Of a stretch of 33,308 nucleotides of DNA, positions 17,501 through 24,782 are shown piece by piece. Each line of letters opens with the position of its first letter. Within the stretch, counting starts at the first letter, position 1. This stretch comes from Candidatus Limnocylindrales bacterium (GTDB taxonomy: Bacteria; Acidobacteriota; Terriglobia; Acidiferrales; UBA7541). The notes under the pieces are model-generated. The model ran no database searches. It worked only from the letters and a program-made list of their open reading frames with translations, and had not been told where the DNA came from. The stretch lies in contig DATLVJ010000201.1 in assembly GCA_035577585.1 (NCBI GenBank), positions 1-33,308 on the forward strand, in the 5' to 3' direction. The position numbers and the translations under genes were made by a program.

Positions 17501-19082
17501 CGCTATTGACCGCGACCAGATCCGGCAGGCCATCTCCATTGAAATCACCTGCCGCGATGGCCACCGGAGTATTGCCAACGTTGCCGGAAACATGCGCCGG
17601 AAAAGCGCCCGTGCCGTCGCCCAATAAGACGTACACAGTGAACTCGTCTAAGTTGGTCACAGCCAGGTCCAGCTTGCCGTCACCGTTGAAATCGCCGGCG
17701 ACGATTCCGGATGGCAGAGCACCGGTGGGAACGGTGGTAGGTAACGCGGCCAAAGTACCCGTGCCGTTGTTCAGGAAAATCGTAACGGTGTTATCCCCGT
17801 TGTTGCTGACCGCGATGTCAACGGCGCCGTCATTGTTGAAATCTCCGACGGCTATTCCGGTGGGAGCAGTGCCTGTCGAGAGTACGGATTGCGGCTGGAA
17901 TGTTCCGTCACCGTTGCCGAGCAAAACGCTGATGGTGTTCGAATCGTGATTGGCGACCACCACATCCATATTGCCGTCTTTGTTAACATCCGCGGTGGCC
18001 AGCGCCCCGGGATTATTTCCCACGGGAAAGGACACACAACCATCGGGGCAATTTTGCGCAAATCCTCCAGCACCGTCACCCAGAAGCACAACGACATTGC
18101 CCGGTGTGCCGAAGAGGGTGGCAGCGATATCGAGGTTTCCGTCGCCGTTGAAATCCCCGAGGACCATACCCTGCACCGCGCCGATGAAGATCGGAGGTTT
18201 GGCCAAAAAAGTGCCGTCGCCCTGGTTAATCAGGACGGTGATCGAGCCATCCTCGGAATTGCTGACCACCAGATCCATAAAGCCGTTGTTGTCAACATCT
18301 CTAACCACGATGGCGTTGGGTGCCAGTCCGACGGTGTAGTTTACCGCCGCGGCAAACGTGCCATCGCCGACGCCCAGGAACACACTGACATTCCCACCGT
18401 CAAAGTTCGCAATGGCGACATCCGGGCTGCCATCTCCGTTGAAATCGGCGACGACTACCGCGCTGGGAGTCGAAATGTCCGCTAGATTCGGCTTGGGAGT
18501 GAGCAGAAGCGCCAGAGTCGCCGGATCGGGTGCCGCAGAAGCCAGCGAGGTGTTACCGTTGCTGGTATCCAGGAACGAAATATTCCCGGTGAAACCGATT
18601 TTTCCAAACGATGTGACTGTTCCAATCAAAGTGAAGTTTGGCGACGTTCCACCCGGTGGCGCGATCGTTGTGGTCGAAGCATATGTGGCGTTCGGACTGA
18701 TGGTGAGCAGTGTGGGTGCGGAATCACTGGCGCCGGCACCGAGGGTGCCCGCGAAACGCGCAAAAACATTGTAGGTACCAGCTCCAAGTGTCACCTTCAC
18801 TGAGGCTGTGCCGGCAGCTCCCAGTTGTGCGCCACCGAGAATGCCGGAATCCTCACAGAACGTGGCATTGGCATCGCAGAAGAGCACCATGCCGGGCGCT
18901 ACCATCGCGCCTCCGACGGTGGTCACCACCGTGGCGGTCAGCGTGACCGAGGTTCCAGCTGTCACAGTGGTGCCAGGAGTGATGGCCAATGTGGTCGTCG
19001 TGGCAGCAGGACCGGCTTGAGCGTTGGAGATACAGAACATCGACAAAAGGATTGGCAGCGCAGCGAACTTCAATTTGAACAT
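14499..19082 (-). CDS. large secreted surface protein: Ig-like (Big_3-type) domains, 7 FG-GAP/VCBS repeats, 8 tandem Ig-like repeats, C-terminal TM hairpin with internal lipobox
   Basis: Signal peptide ending AQA. Seven DxNxDG..D repeats and eight ~95-aa repeats TTT.L...P.PS.FGQSVT.TATV...YSG. C-terminal AFAFVAGLLLFI-RRKHLRK-...TLAGC. Confidence 0.92.
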   Translation of the reverse strand: MFKLKFAALPILLSMFCISNAQAGPAATTTTLAITPGTTVTAGTSVTLTATVVTTVGGAMVAPGMVLFCDANATFCEDSGILGGAQLGAAGTASVKVTLGAGTYNVFARFAGTLGAGASDSAPTLLTISPNATYASTTTIAPPGGTSPNFTLIGTVTSFGKIGFTGNISFLDTSNGNTSLASAAPDPATLALLLTPKPNLADISTPSAVVVADFNGDGSPDVAIANFDGGNVSVFLGVGDGTFAAAVNYTVGLAPNAIVVRDVDNNGFMDLVVSNSEDGSITVLINQGDGTFLAKPPIFIGAVQGMVLGDFNGDGNLDIAATLFGTPGNVVVLLGDGAGGFAQNCPDGCVSFPVGNNPGALATADVNKDGNMDVVVANHDSNTISVLLGNGDGTFQPQSVLSTGTAPTGIAVGDFNNDGAVDIAVSNNGDNTVTIFLNNGTGTLAALPTTVPTGALPSGIVAGDFNGDGKLDLAVTNLDEFTVYVLLGDGTGAFPAHVSGNVGNTPVAIAAGDFNGDGLPDLVAVNSGGAQGASIFVIARSESVNANVTPAPGTHNVLASYAADTARIPSQSTTVPLVVLTTTATTLTANPANSSVFGQSVTFTATVAPPPGSGPAFGTVSFVNNPVGGPVTLNTANVDATGTATFTTSTLAVASYSLTAVYSGNADSAASTSALTPYTVAKANTSTSVTSSLNPSVSGQGVTFTATVSALAPGAGIPSGLVTFLVNGSSVGTGTLSAGVAILITPNVPVGSQTITTSYSGDNSFNSSNGSLTGNPQVVNPANTTLSLTSSVNPSVFGQLITFSANVSVVAPGGGGPSSGTVTFFDNGTMIGSGALGDGPATFSISTLAVGNHPITATFGGNASYNGSTGTLTGTPQVVSKANTTIVLATSASPSTFGQSITLTATISPQFSGSPNGTVTFKTGSTVIGSPVAVSGGTAALMTTALPSGTQNLTAVYSGDTNFNASTSAPVSFTVNPATSTTVLTTSASPSTFGASVTLTATITPIPTGALLGTVNFFNGATNIGSGNVSASGVATLSTAALPVGVLSLTAVYSGNANFATSTSAAVSFTVNKAATTTALGVAPNPVIAGQTVTLTATITPTPTGTPLGTVDFFNGATNIGTSNVNGNGVATLSTAALPQGTLSLTATYSGNINFATSTSPAQSLVVITATTTALIAAPNPSTFGQSVTMTATVTPTPIGAPIGTVNFFNGATMVGTSNVNASGVATFSSTTLPVGTLSLTAVYSGNAAFGTSTSSALSLTVNVAPTTTTLAAAPSPGTFGQSITLTAMIAPVPSGAALGTVNFFNGATNIGTGNVNASGVATLAITTLPAGSLTLTAVYSGNVSFGPSTSAGLALTVNTTFAVNAPVTSFVVVEGGSVPITINVPPLGGAFNNVVAMTATGLPPGATGTFVPPAVTPGAVGATTVLTIQLAPLAANSFKPGSETGGAVPAFAFVAGLLLFIRRKHLRKSLRLAATFMLVTLLGSTLAGCAGGFLRPPSTPPGAFMVTITGTSGTTVNSTTVAVVVR

Positions 19083-19172
19083 CTTTGTGGGCTCCCCAAA
19101 TGCGGATCGCGACGAGAACTTGCGCGACAGTTAGTAACTTCTTAAGGCCGACGGTCGTTGGGGAGAACGGGG

Positions 19173-19188
19173 TGCAATCGCCATGCCA
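19173..19188 (-). promoter_or_regulatory. sigma54 (-24/-12) promoter of the surface-protein operon
   Basis: TGGCATGGCGATTGCA matches TGGCAY-N5-TTGCW with exact GG-N10-GC spacing, ~90 nt upstream of the ATG. Confidence 0.75.
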
Positions 19189-19448
19189 TGGAATAAGGGA
19201 GGAATGTGCTCGAATGGCGAGAGTTAGAGGAATTGTTCCCGGCGCAATTCTAGATCGGTTTCCCGAAATGACGCTCCTCGCCGGTTTGGGACTTCAGGGA
19301 TACGCAGTGAACTGAATGGCGGGCGACCGTTAAGGAGACTGCTTCGATATGGGGAAAGATTGGCCGAGGTCTCTATCGCGCCAAAGGAAATCACCGGAGT
19401 TGGAAACCTTCAGACAACCCAATTGTTTGCGAGAAGCGCCGTCGCTGG

Positions 19449-19540
19449 CCAAAAGCGGTAGCTCTCCTGCCGCACTCAAAAAAAGAGGGCACGAGGTCGC
19501 GTGCCCTGGAATGGTGCCCGCCTCGGAAGGCGGCCCCTAC
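19449..19540. repeat. cluster of palindromic REP-like elements downstream of rplI
   Basis: AAAGCGGTAGC...TGCCGCACTC (19449-19482), AGGGCACG-AGGTCG-CGTGCCCT (19486-19507), and GTAG-REP GTAGGGGCCGCCTTCCGAGGCGGGC (19516-19540, minus). Confidence 0.65.
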
Positions 19541-19552
19541 AAGTGCTCTGAG

Positions 19553-19999
19553 TTAGACTTCTTTTTCGACGTGGACTTTGATTTCGGCGGTGACGTCACG
19601 GAAGACTTTGACGGTGACCGGGAATTCGCCGATGGACTTGATGGGCTCGGCGAGCTGCACCTGGCGCTTGTCGACTTCGAACTTCTGCGCCTTCAGGGCC
19701 TCCGCGATGTCGCCGGTGGTGACGGAGCCGAACATCTGGTCGTTTTCACCAGTCTTGCGGTGGAACTTGATGGCAACACCGTTCAGCGACTCGGCGTGCT
19801 TCTTGGCGGCATCCAGTTCCGTGGCGGTTTTCTTGGCCAACGCCCCGCGAATGCGCTCGAGGGCCTTCATGTTGCCCGGTGTGGCCTGGATGCCGATTTT
19901 GTTGGGCAACAGGAAATTGCGGGCGTAACCGGGCTTCACGGTGACGACGTCGCCGCGGTGGCCGAGTTTTTCTACGTCTTCTTGAAGAATGATCTGCAT
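19553..19999 (-). CDS. rplI: 50S ribosomal protein bL9
   Basis: MQIILQEDVEKLG...VKPGYARNFLLP, MFGSVT. Confidence 0.98.
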   Translation of the reverse strand: MQIILQEDVEKLGHRGDVVTVKPGYARNFLLPNKIGIQATPGNMKALERIRGALAKKTATELDAAKKHAESLNGVAIKFHRKTGENDQMFGSVTTGDIAEALKAQKFEVDKRQVQLAEPIKSIGEFPVTVKVFRDVTAEIKVHVEKEV

Positions 20000-20044
20000 G
20001 GCGTGCTCCTGAATTCTTTCGAAATTCGGTATTTCTAAAAACCT

Positions 20045-20140
20045 GGCGACCTGAAGGTCGCCGCTACAAAATGCGCCCGCCTCGGAAGGCGGCCGCTACA
20101 AGGGCGCCGACGAGGCCGCACAGGCTAAAGCCTATGCTAC
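20045..20140 (-). repeat. three tandem GTAG-type REP hairpins between rpsR and rplI
   Basis: GTAGCATAGGCTTTAGCCTGTG, GTAGCGGCCGCCTTCCGAGGCGGGC, GTAGCGGCGACCTTCAGGTCGCC. Confidence 0.8.
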
Positions 20141-20656
20141 CGGGGCCTTTGGGGCTTCGATGGCGCGCGGGGCTTGGACGCCTGCGGCGCTGCCGGCGAA
20201 CGGCAGCAACGCGATGTTGCGGGCGCGCTTGATGGCTACGCCGAGCCAGCGCTGGTGACGCGCGCATACGCCGGTCATGCGGCGCGGAAGAATCTTGCCG
20301 CGCTCCTGCACGAATTGCGAAAGAATGTCGGCGCGCTTGTAGTCGATGAAGTCCATCTTCTCGACACAGAACTTGCACACCTTTTTCTTGCGGAAATATT
20401 GGCGCTTGCCGCGGCGCGGGCCGCCGGGACCTCCGCCTGGACCGCCGGGGCCTCCTTCACGGCGTCCACCGCCGGGACCACCTTCACGGCGCGGTCCGGA
20501 ATGCGAGTGTCCGCCCTCGCGGCGAGGGGGACCTCCGCCTTCGGAGCGGTGCGCGGGGGCTGCGGGAGCGGCTGGTGCTGCGGGGGCGCTGCCGCCTTCC
20601 GCGGCTGCTGGAGCCGATGGAGGTGCGGATTGCACTGGTTTCTGTTCCTCTGACAT
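20132..20656 (-). CDS. rpsR: 30S ribosomal protein bS18 (Zn-ligand form) with ~80-aa N-terminal Ala/Pro/Gly/Arg extension
   Basis: RKKKVCKFC...IDYK...[19 protein letters not shown]...[18 protein letters not shown] upstream of ATG 20656. Confidence 0.96.
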   Translation of the reverse strand: MSEEQKPVQSAPPSAPAAAEGGSAPAAPAAPAAPAHRSEGGGPPRREGGHSHSGPRREGGPGGGRREGGPGGPGGGPGGPRRGKRQYFRKKKVCKFCVEKMDFIDYKRADILSQFVQERGKILPRRMTGVCARHQRWLGVAIKRARNIALLPFAGSAAGVQAPRAIEAPKAPVA

Positions 20657-20740
20657 AACTTCCTACCTTTCCAATGTGGCAAATCGAAATTCGGTTTAAA
20701 TTACCAGCCGATGTAAAGGCCTGCCAATACAAGAGGCGCT

Positions 20741-20762
20741 GGCCTCGGAAGGCCGCCGCTAC
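20741..20762 (-). repeat. GTAG-type REP just downstream of rpsF
   Basis: GTAGCGGCGGCCTTCCGAGGCC, 5 nt after the stop. Confidence 0.7.
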
Positions 20763-20767
20763 AAGTG

Positions 20768-21184
20768 CTAGGCGGCGCCAGCGGTCTGTTCGGCCGGGGC
20801 CGGGGGAACCGGTGGTTGCGTCACGCGGCGCGGACGCCGGGCGGCGCGCTGCTCGCGCTTGTGCGAAAGCTTCTTCTGGCGCTTGATTTCTTCGTCAAGA
20901 CGGATGGTCTGATACTTGATCACCGAGTCCAGCACGCCGAGACGCCGCTCGAGTTCGTGAACCAGTTCGCCGTGATTGGTGCGAACCTGCTGGTAGACGT
21001 AGATGCCTTCGCGGTGCTTGGCGACTTTGTAGGCCAGCTTGCGCGTACCCCAGTGCTCGGTCTTTTCGATCTTGCCGCCCTTTTCGGCGACGGCATGCTC
21101 GATGGTGGTGATGACCTTCTTGATTTCGTCTTCCGGCGTTGCCGGGCGGGCGATGAAAATCAGATCGTACAAGCGTTCTTCCAT
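20768..21184 (-). CDS. rpsF: 30S ribosomal protein bS6
   Basis: YDLIFIARP, WGTRKLAYKV, EGIY. Confidence 0.97.
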   Translation of the reverse strand: MEERLYDLIFIARPATPEDEIKKVITTIEHAVAEKGGKIEKTEHWGTRKLAYKVAKHREGIYVYQQVRTNHGELVHELERRLGVLDSVIKYQTIRLDEEIKRQKKLSHKREQRAARRPRRVTQPPVPPAPAEQTAGAA

Positions 21185-21247
21185 GATGACCTCGTTTCCT
21201 TCTGTTCCGGGCGCTGGGCCCGGGAAATTCGTTTACTGCAAACCACC

Positions 21248-21300
21248 GTAGCGGCCACCTTCAGGTGGCCCAGACTTGGCGACCTGAAGGTCGCCCCTAC
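21248..21300. repeat. inverted REP doublet (REPIN/BIME-like) between pth and rpsF
   Basis: GTAGCGGCCACCTTCAGGTGGCC (+) and GTAGGGGCGACCTTCAGGTCGCC (-), 7 nt apart. Confidence 0.8.
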
Positions 21301-21884
21301 AAAGTTTCCGCCGCCGGCGGCACGCGGCGGTTGAACTTGTTCATGGCGGCGGCGACTCCCTGCGTCAGAATCATTTCCACCGCGTCGCCCACCTCTGCCA
21401 CCATCTCGCTGGCCGCTTCCAGCACCGCTTTTTTCATCGGCCGCAATACATAGTCCGCCAAATCGCCGACCGGATGATCGGGGCCGCACCCGAGCCGCAG
21501 CCTGGCGAATTCCTGCGTACCCACGACGCTGGTAACCGACTTCGCGCCGTTATGCGTTCCCGCGCTGCCGCGTTCGCCGATGCGAATCATGCCCCACGGC
21601 AGATCCCGTTCGTCGAACATCACCAGCAAATCCTCGGGGCCCAGTTCGTACTTTTCCAGCAGGTCCCGAACGCTGATCCCGCTGAGATTCATGTACGTCT
21701 GTGGCTTCGCCAGAACCACTTCCTGCCCGGCCACTTTCCCCAAACCCACCAGGGCCTTGCCTTCGGGCCGCTCGACGCGGATGGAAGCGCGATTTGCGAT
21801 TTCATCCACCGCCAGAAAACCAAGATTATGCGGCGTCCATTGATACTCCGGACCAGGATTGCCAAGGCCGACAATGAGCCGCAT
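21297..21884 (-). CDS. pth: peptidyl-tRNA hydrolase
   Basis: LIVGLGNPG, HNLGF, KPQTYMNLSG, GTHNG. Confidence 0.97.
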   Translation of the reverse strand: MRLIVGLGNPGPEYQWTPHNLGFLAVDEIANRASIRVERPEGKALVGLGKVAGQEVVLAKPQTYMNLSGISVRDLLEKYELGPEDLLVMFDERDLPWGMIRIGERGSAGTHNGAKSVTSVVGTQEFARLRLGCGPDHPVGDLADYVLRPMKKAVLEAASEMVAEVGDAVEMILTQGVAAAMNKFNRRVPPAAETL

Positions 21885-21914
21885 GATGTTTGGCGCGTGC
21901 CGGGCGGAAAAGAA

Positions 21915-22616
21915 CTACTTCTTCTTTTCCTGCTTTTCGGCAGGCTTCGCGCCTTCCTCGCCTTCCTCGCCTTCGACTTCTTTCTTGCCCTTCTTGATGA
22001 CTTCGGGCTCCGCCGGAACGGTGGCAACCGCTGCTTCCACCGGCTTCTCTTCCTCTTCACGCAGGGTAACGACGTGAGAGAGAACCGTCTGCGGGTCGGT
22101 GAGCAGCTTCAGCTTCTTGGCGTCGATCGGCAGTTCGCCGGCGCGCAAGCTCTGGTTCAACGCCAGGCCGCTGACGTCCACCTTGAATTCGGTGGGGATG
22201 TCGGCGGGCAAGCATTCCACTTCGACTTCACGGGTGACGACTTCGTAGACGCCGCCCTGGACCTTTACGCCCGACGGCTCGCCAAAGGTGTGTACGGGAA
22301 CTTTCACCTTCATGCGAACGTCCATGGCGATGCGGAGCAGGTCCACGTGGAGCAGATTGCCGGTGACGGGATCCACTTGCCAATCCTTAACGATCGCGGG
22401 TTCCTGTTTGCCGCCGAGGTTTACCTGGAACAAGGTGTTGTGCCCGGATTCGGAGCGGAGAATCGCGGTGACTTGCTTGGTGTTCACGGCGAGTGCGAGG
22501 ACGTCGCCTTTGCCGCCGTACATCGTGGCGGGCACCTTCCCCGAAACGCGCAAGCGCCGCGCTTCGTTTTTGCCCCGAGTTTCGCGGGGCGCGCCTTCAA
22601 CAATGATGTTAGCCAT
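21915..22616 (-). CDS. rplY: 50S ribosomal protein bL25 (long, Ctc-type)
   Basis: RRLRVSGKVPATMYG, WQVDPVTGNLLHVDL, GVKVQGG, acidic tail EPEVIKKGKK. Start at MANII after a purine-rich SD. Confidence 0.95.
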   Translation of the reverse strand: MANIIVEGAPRETRGKNEARRLRVSGKVPATMYGGKGDVLALAVNTKQVTAILRSESGHNTLFQVNLGGKQEPAIVKDWQVDPVTGNLLHVDLLRIAMDVRMKVKVPVHTFGEPSGVKVQGGVYEVVTREVEVECLPADIPTEFKVDVSGLALNQSLRAGELPIDAKKLKLLTDPQTVLSHVVTLREEEEKPVEAAVATVPAEPEVIKKGKKEVEGEEGEEGAKPAEKQEKKK

Positions 22617-22672
22617 AGCTTCTTTCCCTTCCTGAAATCTTTTTCCGGCCATCACTGCCTGCCGGAAACCTT

Positions 22673-22732
22673 GGCGGCCTGAAGGCCGCCGCTACAAAAT
22701 CCACAAACTTCACAGGCTAAAGCCTGTGCTAC
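22673..22732 (-). repeat. two GTAG-type REP hairpins between prs and rplY
   Basis: GTAGCACAGGCTTTAGCCTGTG and GTAGCGGCGGCCTTCAGGCCGCC. Confidence 0.8.
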
Positions 22733-22742
22733 TTCGAGAAAC

Positions 22743-23687
22743 TCAAATAAACAGCTCGCTGATCGAAGTTTCCTCGTGAATCGAACGAATGCCGCGGGCG
22801 AGCAGTTCCGCGACACTCAAAATCTTAATTTTCTTGACGCCCTTCGCCGCTTCGCAAAGCGGAACGGAATCCGTGGCCACCACTTCGGCGATTTTCGATT
22901 TCACGATGCGATCGACCGCCGGCCCGGAAAAAACCGCGTGCGTACAGGCGGCGAAGACCTGGGTGGCGCCTTCACGTATCAGCGCGTCGGCAGTTTTCAC
23001 CAGCGTACCCGCGGTGTCGATAATGTCATCCACGATCAGCGTGCTGCGGCCTTTGACGTCGCCGATCAGGTTCATCACTTCGGTGACGTCCATGTCCACG
23101 CGCCGCTTGTCCACGATCGCCAGGGGCGCGTCAAGTTTCTTGGCGAAGGCGCGGGCGCGCTCCACACCGCCGGCATCCGGAGAAACGACGGTGAGGTTCG
23201 GCAACTTCATGTGCCGGAAATATTCCACCAGCACGGGCGAACCGTAAAGATGATCCACGGGCACATCGAAATAGCCCTGAATTTGCGGTGCGTGTAAATC
23301 GAGCGTCAGTGCGCGGCTGGCGCCGGCGGTTTCAAGAAGGTCGGCAACGAGCTTCGCTGATATCGGAACGCGGGGCTTGTCCTTGCGGTCCTGGCGCGCG
23401 TAGCAGTAATACGGAAGCACCGCGGTGATGCGCCACGCGGAGGCGCGTTTGAAAGCGTCGATCATCAGCAGCAGTTCGAGCAGGTGGCTGTCCACGGGAA
23501 ACGAGCAGGGCTGAACGACAAACACATCGGCGCCGCGGACATTTTCGAGAATCTGAAAATATATTTCACCGTCGCTGAAGCGGTCGAGCTTGGCCTGGCC
23601 GATGGGTACGCCCAAATGCTTGCAGATCGCGGCAGACAGCGCCGGATTGGCGGTACCCGTAAAGATTTTGAAACGCTCGTCGTTCAC
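22743..23687 (-). CDS. prs: ribose-phosphate pyrophosphokinase
   Basis: FSDGEI, YARQDRK, DLHAPQIQG, SPDAGGV, VDDIIDTAGT. Confidence 0.98.
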   Translation of the reverse strand: MNDERFKIFTGTANPALSAAICKHLGVPIGQAKLDRFSDGEIYFQILENVRGADVFVVQPCSFPVDSHLLELLLMIDAFKRASAWRITAVLPYYCYARQDRKDKPRVPISAKLVADLLETAGASRALTLDLHAPQIQGYFDVPVDHLYGSPVLVEYFRHMKLPNLTVVSPDAGGVERARAFAKKLDAPLAIVDKRRVDMDVTEVMNLIGDVKGRSTLIVDDIIDTAGTLVKTADALIREGATQVFAACTHAVFSGPAVDRIVKSKIAEVVATDSVPLCEAAKGVKKIKILSVAELLARGIRSIHEETSISELFI

Positions 23688-23725
23688 ACGCTTCTCGCTT
23701 CGTCGCCGGGCTACGGCGTCGGATT

Positions 23726-23750
23726 GTAGCGGCCGCCTTCCGAGGCGGGC
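23726..23750 (+). repeat. GTAG-type REP between ispE and prs
   Basis: GTAGCGGCCGCCTTCCGAGGCGGGC, exact reverse complement of 20075-20099. Confidence 0.8.
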
Positions 23751-23883
23751 GCGTTTCGCCCATCCCGGATGCTCTTACTGGGCGGACACTTCGGGCCATA
23801 CAAAAACAGCTTGGGTGACGGAGAGACGCTGGAGGATCGACCGACAATCGCGCTATTTGGGGCTGGCAGGCTACTGCCCGCTG

Positions 23884-24774
23884 CTACTTTTGCGCATACC
23901 TGCTCCGCGAAATTGTTTCGCAGACGAAGGCTTGATCGTGCGGAAACCCGACAACGGCTCGGCGCGCCTTAGCTGGGCTCGGGAAAACTCCAAACACCGC
24001 CGAACCGCTACCAGCCAGCAAGGCTTCTGAAGCTCCTCGATGGAGCAAATCCCGCTTGATCTTGCCAAGACGGGGATGGCGCTGGAAGACTGCCGCTTCG
24101 AAATCGTTCGAAAGAGAGGCTTCCTGCGCGCTCCAACATAGAGCACAGAACTTAAATAGTTTATGGTTCGCCGCGGATTTTGTCAACGAAGCCAATTCCG
24201 GCGCGTGGAGCCACCTGTAGGCATCAGGCGTAGGGACTTGAATGTCTTTTGGGGAGACGATGAGGAGCGTCCGGCGCGGGGCGTCCGGGAGAGGATAGAT
24301 TTCCTCGCCCTTGCCGATGCCCAGTGCCGTGCCGCCAAACAGAAAGAATGGGACATCCGCGCCAAGCCCGGCGGCAATGTCCAGAAGCCGCGAAGTTTCG
24401 ATTTTCTGTCGCGTGAATTGCAGATATCCAAGCAGCGCCGCAGCCGCGTCGCTGGAACCCCCGCCCAGTCCGCGGCCGGCGGGAATTTTCTTTTGCAGGA
24501 GTATTTCCACACCGGGGCGAACCCGGCTTTCGCGGCGCAAGGCATCAACGGCCCGGTACACAAGGTTCTTTTCGATCTCTTCCTTGGCGAGGATTTCGTT
24601 GCCTTGAATCTGCAGCGAAATGCCGGGACGGCGCGAGGACCGGAACTCCAAAGTGTCATGCAGCCCCACCGTCTGAAAAATGGTGCGAAGTTCGTGGTAG
24701 CCGTCGGCGCGCTTTCCCAGCACTTCCAGACGCAGGTTGACCTTGGCGTACGCCGGAATTCGGATTGTTCGCAT
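23884..24774 (-). CDS. ispE: 4-diphosphocytidyl-2-C-methyl-D-erythritol kinase
   Basis: AYAKVNLRL, KKIPAGRGLGGGSSDAA, LGADVPFF, GSGSAVF. Confidence 0.97.
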   Translation of the reverse strand: MRTIRIPAYAKVNLRLEVLGKRADGYHELRTIFQTVGLHDTLEFRSSRRPGISLQIQGNEILAKEEIEKNLVYRAVDALRRESRVRPGVEILLQKKIPAGRGLGGGSSDAAAALLGYLQFTRQKIETSRLLDIAAGLGADVPFFLFGGTALGIGKGEEIYPLPDAPRRTLLIVSPKDIQVPTPDAYRWLHAPELASLTKSAANHKLFKFCALCWSAQEASLSNDFEAAVFQRHPRLGKIKRDLLHRGASEALLAGSGSAVFGVFPSPAKARRAVVGFPHDQAFVCETISRSRYAQK

Positions 24775-24782
24775 TTACGGAC

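Noticed and set aside
19083-19170. c-di-GMP riboswitch in the adhesin leader
   Set aside because: No GEMM-like GNRA/receptor stems were recognised.
23688-23883. tRNA-Gln expected between ispE and prs
   Set aside because: No cloverleaf, T-loop or CCA end recognisable on either strand; only a REP is present. tRNAscan would confirm.
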